Shown in pieces: positions 11,536 to 24,807 of a stretch of DNA of 64,000 nucleotides. Position 1 is the stretch's first letter. Each line of letters starts with the position of its first letter. Position numbers and translations under genes: made by a program. The notes beneath the pieces were generated by a model, which was not told where the DNA came from, did no database searches, and worked only from the letters and a program-made list of their open reading frames with translations. This DNA is from Octopus bimaculoides (lineage: Eukaryota). Location: the NCBI RefSeq assembly GCF_001194135.2, contig NC_069000.1, positions 34,684,442 to 34,748,441 of the forward strand, given 5' to 3'.

Positions 11536-12203
11536 CATATATATATATATATATATATANNNNNNNNNNNNNNNNNNNNNNNNNNNNNNNNNNNNNNNNN
11601 NNNNNNNNNNNNNNNNNNNNNNNNNNNNNNNNNNNNNNNNNNNNNNNNNNNNNNNNNNNNNNNNNNNNNNNNNNNNNNNNNNNNNNNNNNNNNNNNNNNN
11701 NNNNNNNNNNNNNNNNNNNNNNNNNNNNNNNNNNNNNNNNNNNNNNNNNNNNNNNNNNNNNNNNNNNNNNNNNNNNNNNNNNNNNNNNNNNNNNNNNNNN
11801 NNNNNNNNNNNNNNNNNNNNNNNNNNNNNNNNNNNNNNNNNNNNNNNNNNNNNNNNNNNNNNNNNNNNNNNNNNNNNNNNNNNNNNNNNNNNNNNNNNNN
11901 NNNNNNNNNNNNNNNNNNNNNNNNNNNNNNNNNNNNNNNNNNNNNNNNNNNNNNNNNNNNNNNNNNNNNNNNNNNNNNNNNNNNNNNNNNNNNNNNNNNN
12001 NNNNNNNNNNNNNNNNNNNNNNNNNNNNNNNNNNNNNNNNNNNNNNNNNNNNNNNNNNNNNNNNNNNNNNNNNNNNNNNNNNNNNNNNNNNNNNNNNNNN
12101 NNNNNNNNNNNNNNNNNNNNNNNNNNNNNNNNNNNNNNNNNNNNNNNNNNNNNNNTATATGTTTATATATATATATGTTTATATATATATATGTTTATAT
12201 ATA

Positions 12204-12251
<48 letters not shown>

Positions 12252-13154
12252 ACAGACTTCTTTCAGTTTCTGTCTACTAAATCCTCTCACAAGGCTTTTG
12301 GTTGGTCTGAGGTTTTAGTAGAATATGGTTGCTGAAGGGGCTACACAGTGGGACTGAACCTGTAATCATTTGCCACACAACCATGCCTGCTTCTGTTTTA
12401 TATTATATTCAAGGTCAATTTTGCCTTATGTCCCTGTGCCCCTAGGGCTGGTAAAAATAAAGTGCCAGTTTGATATTAGAGTTAGAATTAGATTTAACCA
12501 ACTAACCCCTTGCAGGGCTGCTAGCACCTCAGACAAAAGGCTTAGTGGCATCCCTTCTGGCTTTTTATGTTCTGAGTTCAAATTTTACTAAGGTGTACTT
12601 TACCCTTCCACCTTCTAGGATAGATAAAAATAAGTACCAGTTGACTACTGGGCCAATGTAACTGACTAATCCCTCTCTCCATGAAAATTTGAAACAAATT
12701 TATAAGACACACAGAGAAAAAGGAGAATTACCAATTGATTATTTAAACCTTCAATGCATGAATCTCTTACTGGTTTGTGGTCTTGTGCTATTCTATTATT
12801 ATGAAACCATTATCAAAGCAGCAAGCAAGAGGAATTCTCAACATGCCAGACAAAAATCCTTAGCAGCATTTCGTATGTCTTTACTTTCTGAGTTCAGAAT
12901 TCTGCTGTGGTCGACTTTGCATTTGTCAAAGAGTATCTGATTACTTTGAGCTGCTTTACGAAGAGTTCAAATTGGAAGCAATGATGCTCATGTTAAGGGT
13001 ATTATTAAGAGCATTGAAACCATCTCACTTAATTGGTTCACTATCAAGATTCTCTGATACAACTCACTAAAACAGCTCATGAATTTGGTTCACTAATGCA
13101 GTTCAACAATTTGATTCATTGATACACATCACTGACTTTGATCACTGTCTCTGA

Positions 13155-13642
13155 TCACTGACACAGCTGAATAACCTGGCTCACTGACACAGCTGAATAA
13201 CCTGGCTCACTGACACAGTNNNNNNNNNNNNNNNNNNNNNNNNNNNNNNNNNNNNNNNNNNNNNNNNNNNNNNNNNNNNNNNNNNNNNNNNNNNNNNNNN
13301 NNNNNNNNNNNNNNNNNNNNNNNNNNNNNNNNNNNNNNNNNNNNNNNNNNNNNNNNNNNNNNNNNNNNNNNNNNNNNNNNNNNNNNNNNNNNNNNNNNNN
13401 NNNNNNNNNNNNNNNNNNNNNNNNNNNNNNNNNNNNNNNNNNNNNNNNNNNNNNNNNNNNNNNNNNNNNNNNNNNNNNNNNNNNNNNNNNNNNNNNNNNN
13501 ATCACTGACACAGCTGAATAACCTGGCTCACTGACACAGCTGAATAACCTGGCTCACTGACAGCTGAATAACCTGGCTCACTGACACAGCTGAATAACCT
13601 GGCTCACTGACACAGCTGAATAACCTGGCTCACTGACACAGT
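13155..13642. repeat. 26-bp minisatellite TCACTGACACAGCTGAATAACCTGGC spanning a gap
   Basis: 2.5 units left and 5.5 units right of gap 13220-13500; one unit has a 2-bp deletion. Confidence 0.95.
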
Positions 13643-13842
13643 TCATCTTGCAATTACCTTTCGTTCTAAAGTGCTTACTACTGATACACACTACTATTAA
13701 CTCTTCAATGAACATATTTCTGCTTCAATGGATTTTGAAAAGAATGGAGAATTTGGTGAAATAACTTTGTTGTTATTAAACTGGCATTTGGAACATAAAT
13801 TAACATGGAATTTTCATGGAAGGTTTTAATGTATGCATAGAG

Positions 13843-14173
13843 GTAAAGACACCCTTTGGTCATGAATGACCATGGGATTACACCTAGAAAGTTACCCTGC
13901 AAGGTACAAATTCAGGCAAGGTTGTTTATGGAATACCAGCAGTCGATCATGCATTCCAGCCTCCCCTCCACACACCACTGATGTTATCCAAAGAAAAGGC
14001 AAAGGGGCCCGATACAGCTTGGGTCTGTGACATCGCAGCTCATTTCTACAGCTGAGTGAACTGGAGCAACGTGAAATAAAGTGTCTTGCTCAAGAACACA
14101 ACACGCAGCCTGGTTTGGGACTCAAACTCCTACCTCATGACTGTGAGCCCGACGCTAAAACCACTAAGCCATG
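13843..14173 (-). mobile_element. tRNA-derived SINE, family G
   Basis: Reverse-complement homolog of 50803-51110 (head TGGCTCAGTGG, GTTCTTGAGCAAGACACTT core). Confidence 0.8.
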
Positions 14174-15754
14174 GGTTGGTCTTAGGCAGTTTAGTATCAA
14201 AAGGGTTTTAAAGACAGCCCTAAGAGGATTAGTTCAAAGCAGAAATGGTAGCATATCAAAGAAAGCAAAATGCTTTTATAGGCTGGCTTTCATCATCATT
14301 GTCATCATCGTTTTTTAGCATCCACTTTTTTCATACTTGCATGGGTTCAGAAGAATTTGTTGAGGCAGATTTTCTATGACTGGATGCCTTTCCTGTTGCC
14401 AACCCTCACTTGTTTTCAAGTAAGGTAATAATATATCCCCAGCAGCCAGACATTTTTATGGAAGATTTGAAACTAAGGAGACCAGCTGCATTGAGGTGAC
14501 ACTTGTTTGTTTCATACAATGACAAGGCAAGGAAAAGAATCAACACACGCATGAAAACACACACACATGCACACACACACACACACAGAAGCACATACAT
14601 CAGCTGGGCTTCTTTCAGCCTCTGTCTACCAAATCCACTCACAAGGCTTTGGCTGGGCCCAGTGTTATAGTAGAAGACACTCGCTCAAAGTTGCACACAG
14701 TAGGACTGAATCGAGCACCTTCTTGTTGTGAAGCAAAATTCTTGCCACACAGCCAATCCTGCCCCTACAAAGTATATGTTAATTCATAAAGATGAACCTG
14801 TGTCATGATTAAAAGAGATCCCTGATGCTTTTAACAGACCATCATTTAGTTTTTTTTTGTTCTCTAGTGTTCCTTTGTTGATGTTGATTTTTTTTTTCTG
14901 TCTTAGAGATCAATCCACTTGACTATCCTTCAAAATATATGGCCTTGTGCCAATACACAAAAAGTCATTGTTTCTATAGAAAGTCCTGTTTTACTTTTCT
15001 TTTATCTGTTCAGTTTTTCTCCTCTTACTTTCTCTTCAATTAAGATCACTTAAATATATTCCTTTTTTTTCTTCTTTGTTTTGTGTAGATTTTAAACACT
15101 TCTTGAGAGATGTGTTCTTTTACTAGTTGAGAGTTCCTGAGTCTTTGAATGTCCAAGTCCTCAACTTTACAGGAGATAAACAGATTTCCTGTTGATTTTC
15201 GTTTTTGCATCTTCTTTTTCTCACTAATATCCTGGTCAAGAGGTTTTCTTATTATCACAACTAATAGTTTCATTAGTTCCAGTGTGTGTGTGTGTGCGCC
15301 AATATTATTTATTACAAGAGAGAGGGAAAATAACAACAGTGACATATTTAACACTTTGCCAGTTCCGGATTACAGGATTGTCCTCCCCATTCAATACAGT
15401 TGACAAAGCATTTACTACTGTATTGCAATATTGTAAATACTCACAAACTCATACACAAACAACAGTCTGTATCAAAAAACACACAAGGTATACAACGTCC
15501 ATTTATTATTAAAGGTCAAGATGTCTGGTGCCTGTTGTCTGAAATAAGTTATCGTTAATACAATTAATAATATGTTCTGGCCATTAGCCTCATTTCAAAT
15601 GATGAGACATTTTTCAATATTTACGTCAAGGTGCATGCGTAGAGAGGAGCTGGTGTGGCTGCATGGTTTAAGACACTTGCTTCCCAACCACATGGTTTTG
15701 AGTTCAGCCCCACTGAACAACTGAACAAATGCACATACATACATACATACGTGT

Positions 15755-16611
15755 GTGTGGCTGTGTGGTAAGAAGCTTGCTTCCCAAGCACATGGTTCCA
15801 GGTTCAGTCCCAGTGTGTGGTACCTTGGACAAGTGTCTTCTACTATAGCTTCAGGCCGACCAAAACCTTGTGAGTAGATTTGGTAGACAGAAACTGAAAG
15901 AATCCCATTGTATGTATGTATGTATATACATGTATATATATATATANNNNNNNNNNNNNNNNNNNNNNNNNNATATATGTGCATCTTTGTGTCTGTGTTT
16001 GACCTCCATCACCTCTTGCCAACCAGTGTTGGTTTGTTTACATCCCTGTAACTTAGCAGTGCTTAGCAAAGAGACCAATAAAATAAGTACCAGGCTTAAA
16101 AAGAAAAAATAAGTTTGGAGTCAATTCGTTTGACTAAAATTCTTCAAAGAAGTGCCCCAGCATGGCTACACTCCAATGACTGATATAAGTAAAAGATAAA
16201 AGATATGAGATAATGCTTCATGAAAACTATACTACTCTTACACACACGCACACACACACACATATATAGGTTAGTTGAGTTAGGGATAGAAGTATCCATT
16301 ATACTACCGGTATATTACCTATATTTAACCACGAGCGTACATATGCAAACATACTATGCTCATACATTTTAGGTAAAGACAAGGATAAACATGGGTTTAT
16401 CAAGAATAACAATTTAAAGAAGCTCCTTGTTTCAGATTGGTTTTATTACCAAATATGATAAATATTTTTGCATATCACTGGCGATACCATACAGCATTGG
16501 AAGCAGAAACAGCTGTTAGATGGGATGCAGTCTATTTGCATAGAATTAATAAATAGTAACTGATGTCAGTCAATTGTTGTTCATCAGTACTTCTCCATTT
16601 TCTGTTTCCTT

Positions 16612-16655
<44 letters not shown>

Positions 16656-17535
16656 AATAAATATAAAGAAAAGTGACGGGGAGGAAGAAGAAATGATAAG
16701 CAAAAATAGGTGCAGTAAGTTTTATAAGACATATAATCATTTCAGCAAAATGTCAAAATAATTACATAACAAGTAGAGAAGTTTGCTTTCCTACAACATG
16801 GTTCCGGGTTCAGTCCCACTGCGTGATACCTTGGGCAAGTGTCTTTTACTATAGCTTTGGGCCAACCAAAGCTTTCTGAGTGGATTTGGTAGACGGAAAC
16901 CAAAAGAAGCCATCATGTGTGTCTGTGTTTGTCCTCTTCCTATCACTTGACAACAAATGTTGGTGTGTTTATGTCTCTATAACTTAACGGCACAAGACAC
17001 CAATAGAATAAGTATTAGGCTTACAAAGAATAAGTTTTGGAGTCAATTTCTTTGACTAAAAAAACCTTTTGAGGCAGGGCTCCAGCATGGCCACAGTCAG
17101 ATGACTGAAACAAGTAAAAGAAGAACAGAATAAGGAATATATACATGCTTAATTGAGTTCACATTTGATTTTCAAAAGTGTACATTATAGGCGTAGGAGT
17201 GGGTGTGTGGTAAGTAGCTTGCTTACCAACCACATGGTTCCGGGTTCAAGTACCACGGTGTGGCACCTTGGGCAAGTGTCTTCGACTATAGCCTCGGTCC
17301 GACCAAAGCCTTGTGAGTGGATTTGGTAGACAGAAACTGAAAGAAGCCTGCCGTATATGTATATATATGTATGTGTTTGTGTGTCTGTGTTTGTACCCCC
17401 AGCCAATGCGGGTGTGTTTATGTCCCCATAACTTAGCAGTTCGGCAAAAGTAACCGATAGAATAAGTACTAGGCTTACAAAGAATAAGACCTGGGGTCGA
17501 TTTGCTCGACTAAAGGAGTAAAAGAGTAAAAGAGT
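15755..17535 (+). mobile_element. Three consecutive SINE-A copies (about 15755-16200, 16780-17120, 17187-17535)
   Basis: Each has the family head, body and tail. Confidence 0.85.
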
Positions 17536-17949
17536 ATTATGTGGAACTGTGTTACAAACTGTCTTTTCTGGCCATTGTTCGAAAAACCATTTGTTTTAAA
17601 GAGAGAATGTGGCTCTCAATGCTATAACTTAATGGACAGATTGATTGGTCAGGGATGGTCATATGTTGAAGTAAAGGAATTGTTGGTCTGTTTTATGATG
17701 GGCTTCTTTCAGTTTTTGTCCACCAAATTCGCTTTTGTTGGCCTGGCGCTATAGTAGAAGACACACGCCCAAGGTGCCATGCGGTGGGACTGAACTTGGA
17801 AGTGTGTAGTTGGGAAGCAAACTTCTCAACCACATAGCTGCATATGTGTGTGCCTTTCTCTCTCTCTCTCTAATATATACATATATGTGTGTATGTGTGT
17901 GTGTGTGTATATATGTATACATGTATACTTATATATATATATATATATG

Positions 17950-18382
17950 TACTGTGTTTGTATTTGTCCCTCCACCATTGCTTGACAACTGATCTTGGTG
18001 TGTTTACGTCCCTGTAACTTAGCGGTTCAGCTGAAGACACCAATAGAATAAGTACCAGGCTTGCAAAGTATAATTCCAGGGGTCGATTTCTTCAACTAAA
18101 AGGTGGTGCTCCAGCATGGTCACAATCAAAATGATTTGAGACAAGTAAAACTGTACATATGTATATGTGTATATATATATGTGTATGTGTGTGTATATCT
18201 ATATACACACACACACACAGATATACTCTTTTACTTGTTTCAGTCATTTGACTGTGGCCATGCTGGAGCACCACCTTTAGTCAAAGAAATCAAACCCAGG
18301 ACTTATTCTTTGTAAGCCTAGTACTTATTCTATCGGTCTCTTTTGTCGAACCGCTAGGTTACGGGGATGTAAACACACCAGC
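17950..18382. mobile_element. Inverted pair of SINE-A 3' halves
   Basis: Plus-strand tail at 17950-18150 and minus-strand tail at 18225-18382, separated by a TA/TG microsatellite. Confidence 0.85.
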
Positions 18383-18574
18383 NNNNNNNNNNNNNNNNNN
18401 NNNNNNNNNNNNNNNNNNNNNNNNNNNNNNNNNNNNNNNNNNNNNNNNNNNNNNNNNNNNNNNNNNNNNNNNNNNNNNNNNNNNNNNNNNNNNNNNNNNN
18501 NNNNNNNNNNNNNNNNNNNNNNNNNNNNNNNNNNNNNNNNNNNNNNNNNNNNNNNNNNNNNNNNNNNNNNNNNN

Positions 18575-18620
<46 letters not shown>

Positions 18621-19070
18621 CCAGCATAGATTCCACTCTATACATCCACCAACGATCGCCATCCGCCATCCGCTCACACCACTACTCCCAGCTGTGTGTC
18701 TGTCTGTGTGTTTAAGGTGTGCTACTATTACTCTTCACCACTGTCTTAGTGTACTATTTATAATGTATTTATAAACATAGTATTTTGTACTATTATACTG
18801 TGATTAAATGTGTGGCATATATTTGTGCATTTGAGAAAGCTATGTTCACTCTGTACTCATACGCATGCACACACACACATGCATGCGTGCATGCACATAT
18901 ACGTATGTGATAGGTGAAGGCATGGCTGTGTGGTAAGAATCTTGCTTTGCAGGTACATGGTTCTTGGTTCAGTTCTACTGCATGGCAGCTTGAACAAGTG
19001 TCAACTATAGCCCTGGGCTGAAGAAACCCTTGTGAATGGATTGTTTTGGTACATGGAAACTGAAAGAAGC

Positions 19071-19115
<45 letters not shown>

Positions 19116-19363
19116 NNNNNNNNNNNNNNNNNNNNNNNNNNNNNNNNNNNNNNNNNNNNNNNNNNNNNNNNNNNNNNNNNNNNNNNNNNNNNNNNNNNNN
19201 NNNNNNNNNNNNNNNNNNNNNNNNNNNNNNNNNNNNNNNNNNNNNNNNNNNNNNNNNNNNNNNNNNNNNNNNNNNNNNNNNNNNNNNNNNNNNNNNNNNN
19301 NNNNNNNNNNNNNNNNNNNNNNNNNNNNNNNNNNNNNNNNNNNNNNNNNNNNNNNNNNNNNNN

Positions 19364-19517
19364 NCAGGAGTGGCTGTGTAGTAAGAAGCTTGCTTCCCAA
19401 CCACATGGTTCCAGGTTCAGTCCCACTATGTGGCACCTTGGGCAAGTGTCTTCTACTATAGCCTCGGGCTAACTAAAGCCTTGTGAGTGGATTTGGTAGA
19501 TGGAGACTGAAAGAAGC

Positions 19518-19566
<49 letters not shown>

Positions 19567-19712
19567 TTGTTATTTGTGTCTATGTTTGTCCCCACCACCA
19601 TCGCTTGGCAACTGATGTTGGTGTGTTTATGTCCCTGTAACCTAGTGGTTTGGCAAAAGAGACCAATAGAATAAGTACTAGACTTACAAAAAATAAGTCC
19701 CGGGGTTAGTTT
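19364..19712 (+). mobile_element. SINE family A
   Basis: Family match with internal (TA)n; another head at 18915-19076. Confidence 0.88.
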
Positions 19713-20364
19713 CTTCATGTATGTATATACATATATGTATGTATGTCTGTAAATAGAATGTGATTGTGTTTGTCATTTACCATCACCTGACAACTGGTAT
19801 TGGTTTGTTTACATCCCTGTAAACCCAAGACCACATTGTTAGAAAACCAGCTGCTTAGCCACACACCCATGCCTACATTTATCTCTTGTTATTGTTGTTG
19901 TTTATTTTAAAACTATGCAATTAGACAAATTAATATCCTGTTTATCAGTTGTGTTGTTTCTTTTGTTGTTATTTTCATTTTTTGTAACGATTTCTCCATT
20001 TTTTCTCTTTCATTTTAGGTTATTGTGTTATAAACCTGTTGCAACTGCCTCATTTAGACGTCATCTCTGTTAATTAATGATTAATACTGATTGGGTAAGT
20101 TTAATATAATATCATTGAATTAGTGCTACAGCTGGCCACCACCTCTCACTTGCACTTCCTTCTTTGTATTCAAATGTGCCCGCCCCCACCTCATCCCTTA
20201 CCATTCTGCCTCACCCTCTCCCTAAAAAGAAAAATAACTACACAAATAAATGAAACAAACAACTGATCCCTTATTTCAGCTGTTTTGGGTTTATTTCTAC
20301 TGTTGATAGTGGTAGGCTCTGGAGGTGAGGTGTTATTACCAGATGAAAAAGTAAGGATCTATTA

Positions 20365-20400
<36 letters not shown>

Positions 20401-20469
20401 TTGGCAATCGTATACAAAAGTTAAGAACTCATATATCTATCTAATAATAATAATAATAATGATAATAAT

Positions 20470-20672
20470 GCTTTCTACTAAAGGTGCAAGGCTTGAAATT
20501 TTGGGGGAAGGGACCAGTCGATTGCATTGACCCCAGTACACAACTGGTACTTAATTTATTGACCCTGAAAGGATGAAAGGCAAGGTTGACCTCAGCCAAG
20601 TTAGAACCCTGAATGTGAAGATGGACGAAATACCGCTAAGCATTTTGCCTGACGTGCTAACGGTTCTGCCAG
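20470..20672 (-). mobile_element. SINE family B
   Basis: Family match, flanked by (AAT)n. Confidence 0.78.
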
Positions 20673-21382
20673 CTTGTCACCTTAATAATAATAATAATAA
20701 TAATAATAATGGTGATTATTCAGGTGCAGGTGTAACTGTGAAGTTTGCTTCCTAACCACATAGTTCCAGGTTCAGTCCCACTGTGTGGCACCTTCTACAA
20801 TATTACTAGGCCAACAAAGGCCTTATGAGCAGATTTGGTAGATGGAAACTAAAAGAAGCTTATTGTGCATGTGTGTGTATGTCTGTGTTTGTCTCCCACC
20901 ACCACAGTTGGTGTTGCTTTGTTTATGTCCCTATAATTTAGCAGTTCAGCAAAATCAACCGATAGAATATGTACCAGGATATTAAAAAAATAAATACTGG
21001 GCCAATATATGTATATATATATACATACATACATACATAGGCACAGGCATGGCTGTGTGGTAAGAAGCTTGCTTCCCAACCACATGGTTCCCTTGAGCAA
21101 GTGTCTTCTACTATAGCCTTGGGTCAGCCAAAGCCTTGTGAGTGGACCACAGCCTTCTGAGACAGAAACTGAAAGAAGCTTGTCAAATATATATATATAT
21201 ATATATATATATANNNNNNNNNNNNNNNNNNNNNNNNNNNNNNNNNNNNNNNNNNNNNNNNNNNNNNNNNNNNNNNNNNNNNNNNNNNNNNNNNNNNNNN
21301 NNNNNNNNNNNNNNNNNNNNNNNNNNNNNNNNNNNNNNNNNNNNNNNNNNNNNNNNNNNNNNNNNNNNNNNNNNNNNNNNNN

Positions 21383-21673
21383 CTCTATTCCTCCCCACCA
21401 CACACTGCAGACCCTTTTCTTCTCTTGACCCTGTTTCTCCATTGACCCTTGTATTCCTCCTATAAATGACCCCATTCCTCTCATGTTCTTTATTCCTTCC
21501 AGACTTTCTTCCTATCATAACTATCCCCCCCCCCCTTCATTCCCTCCTGTGGCAGTATTCTTCCCATGTAACTACTCTATTCCTCCCCACCACACACTGC
21601 AGACCCTTTTCTTCTCTTGACCCTGTTTCTCCATTGACCCTTGTATTCCTCCTATAAATGACCCCATTCCTCT
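21383..21673. repeat. Direct repeat of about 100 bp, period 192 bp, adjacent to a gap
   Basis: 21383-21481 equals 21575-21673. Confidence 0.9.
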
Positions 21674-22689
21674 AATGACTCTGTTTAGGCAGAACCAAGC
21701 AGTGTTGGCCATGGTGGTGATTGGTAGGGTGGCAGGGAGCTGAGACTTACAGACTTGCCTGAATACAAACATGTTGATCAAAAAGCCCCCTAGTGCTTGG
21801 TGATGTTGGTGGTGGCATTGTTGTTCTTCTTCTTGCTGTAACTTTCTGTGTGTGTGAGTAAAAGAGAGAATGTGTCCTTTAGAGAGGGTGGCAGAGAGAG
21901 AGAGAGTTGTGTGTGTGTTTCTATGTGTGGTTAAGTTAATGAGGGAGAAAGATAGACAGTCTGAAGAGAGAGAGGGTGTGCTAATGATCCAGTAAATGAA
22001 AGAGTGAAAGAGAGAGATATAGCTGATATGAGAGATATAGACTGACAGATAAATAGATAGATAGATAGAGAGAGAGAGAGAGCGTGTATATGTTTGTATG
22101 TGTAGTTGAGTAGATTAGTGAGAAAGAGACAGAAAGACAGTCAGAAAATGTGTGTGTGTTTAAATGATCTAGTAAATAAATGAGAAAAAGGAAAGATACA
22201 TAGATATCAAAAGATATGGAGAAAAGGAGAAAGAGTGAGAAAAAGAGAGAGAGAGAGAGAGAGGGTCGGAGGGAAAAAAAACTGTGTAGGAAATGGAGAA
22301 AAAAAAATGTCTAGTTTTTCTTTCAGTCTCTTATCTGACCAATAAAGAGACTGTATATTATAACAAAACTCTATAGTAGCTACTATTACACATTACTAGT
22401 ATTTTCTGGAATGTATTATACTGTGTGTGTGTGTGTGTATGTGTGTGTATATATATGTATATATGAATGAATGTGTGTGTGTGTTTGTGTCTTTTTTTCT
22501 GTTTGTTATTCTCAGTTCAAACACACACACACACACACACGTTACATTTATATATATACACATTATGGGTTTCTTTCAGTTTCTGTCTACTAAACTACAA
22601 ATCTCTCAAATGTTTGTCGATTGTCACTATTACTGAAATGCTTAAATGTTGGCCTTTCTCTTTTTTGAAATAAAAAAAAAATTGTGATA

Positions 22690-22920
22690 AAGTATAAATA
22701 GATTAAAGACTGTGCGGTCCATGGGAAGAGCCGTTTTAGCAATGCGTCCTGCCCAACTCTTCGAAACGCCGGTAGCTGATGAAGAAGAATGTTCTCTATG
22801 TGGCTTGTGTGTTTTCTCGTCTACGTATTGTTTGCAATGTCCTGTACCCAGATATGCACCTATACATACAGGTGGATGTCGGTATGCACATGCCTGTACG
22901 TATATATGCATATACTCATT
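22690..22920 (+). mobile_element. Unclassified CpG-rich short repeat ending in (TA)n
   Basis: Its tail motif ATGTCCTGTACCCA.ATATGCA recurs inverted at 55748-55771, and it abuts a (TA)n tract. Confidence 0.45.
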
Positions 22921-22922
22921 TA

Positions 22923-22960
<38 letters not shown>

Positions 22961-23198
22961 NNNNNNNNNNNNNNNNNNNNNNNNNNNNNNNNNNNNNNNN
23001 NNNNNNNNNNNNNNNNNNNNNNNNNNNNNNNNNNNNNNNNNNNNNNNNNNNNNNNNNNNNNNNNNNNNNNNNNNNNNNNNNNNNNNNNNNNNNNNNNNNN
23101 NNNNNNNNNNNNNNNNNNNNNNNNNNNNNNNNNNNNNNNNNNNNNNNNNNNNNNNNNNNNNNNNNNNNNNNNNNNNNNNNNNNNNNNNNNNNNNNNNN

Positions 23199-23244
<46 letters not shown>

Positions 23245-23812
23245 GGCCTGAGGCTATAGCAGAAGACACTTGTCCAAGGTGCCACGCAGTGGGACTGAAC
23301 CTGGGACCATGTGGCTGGGAAGGACACTTCCTAACCACACACCCATGCCTATACACACAGACACATGTATGTATATCATCATCATCATCATCATATAAAG
23401 CTACTTTTCCATACTTGCGCAGATCGAACATTGCCCCTTAATGGATCGACAGTCCATTATAGTATCCAAGACCAGCAATTCTTATGAAATTGGGTAACTA
23501 GCCTTCTGAGTCCTAAGGTCCAAAGGAGTATTAAACGTATAACATTTACATTGTATGGATTTGGAGTACATGCTATCTTTTACTTGGTTCAGTCATTAGA
23601 CTGTGGCCATGCTGGGGCTCCACTTGAAAGCATTTTATTCGAGGAAATCAACTCTAGTACCTTTTTTTTTCAAAGCCTGGTACTTATTCTATTAGTCACT
23701 TTTGCCAAACTGCTAGGTTATGGGGACGTAAAGACACCAACACTGGTTGTCAAGTGTTGGTTGGTGCGGGGACAGACACAAAGACATACATACACACACA
23801 CATGTATACACA

Positions 23813-23851
<39 letters not shown>

Positions 23852-23861
23852 NNNNNNNNNN

Positions 23862-23904
<43 letters not shown>

Positions 23905-24166
23905 TTCAGCTCCTGTCCACCAAATCCTCTCACAAGGCCTTGATTGGTCCAAGGCCACAGTAGGAGACCCTTGTCCAAGGTGCCAAGCAGTGAAACTGAA
24001 CCTGAAACCATGCAGTTGGGAAGCAAACCTTCCACCACACAGCCATGTCTATAATGACTATTGGCAAAAAACTGCTACTTTTGGTTAATGGACTTAGATC
24101 AGAACCTAACCTGGCACCAATGTATGATAAACTAAAACAAGTTTGTATCTAATATACAGAGTGTTG

Positions 24167-24807
24167 AAGGCGGTGAGTTGGCAGAAACATTAGCATGCTG
24201 GGGAAATGCTTAGCAGTATTTCTTCTGTCTCTACGTTCTGAGTTCAAATTCTGCCATGGTCGACTTTGCCTTTCATCTTTTCGAGGTCGATAAATTAAGT
24301 ACCAGTTACATACTGGGGTCGATGTAATCGACTTAATCCTTCTGTCTGTCCTTGTTTGTCCCCTCTGTGTGTAGCCCCTTGTGGGCAATAAAGAAATAAG
24401 AAACGTTAGCATGCCGGGCGAAATGCTTAATGGTATTTCGTCTGCCACTACGTTCTGAGTTCAATTTCCGCCAAGGTCAACTTTGTCTTTCATCCTTTCG
24501 GAGTCGATTAAATAAGTACCAGTTACGCACTGGGGTCGATATAATCGACTTAATTCGTTTGTCTGTCCTTGTTTCTCCCCTCTGTGTGTAGCCCCTTGTG
24601 GGCAATAAAGAAATAAGAAACGTTAGCACACTGGGGAAATGCTTAGCGGTATTTCTTCTGTCTTTACGTTCTGAGTTCAAATTCTGCCATGATCAACTTT
24701 GCCTTTCATCCTTTCGGGGTCGATAAATTAAGTACCAGTTGCGTAGTCAATCTAATCGATTGGCCCCCTCCCCCAAAATTCTGGGCCATGTGCCTAGAGT
24801 AGAAAAG
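24167..24807 (+). mobile_element. SINE-B trimer flanked by a 16-bp TSD
   Basis: TSD AATATACAGAGTGTTG at 24151-24166 and 24808-24823; units start at 24167, 24400 and 24617. Confidence 0.9.

Noticed and set aside
13155-13642. CRISPR array (26-bp repeats)
   Set aside because: The units are directly adjacent with no spacers; it is a minisatellite.
22760-22790. Functional type-II hammerhead
   Set aside because: Only one nucleotide lies between the GUA site and CUGAUGA, so helix I cannot form in cis.
22712-22915. Cys-rich or zinc-finger or TM exon (CSLCGLC..YCLQC)
   Set aside because: The spacing fits no family I recognise, splice sites are poor, and the tail recurs as a repeat fragment at 55748-55771.
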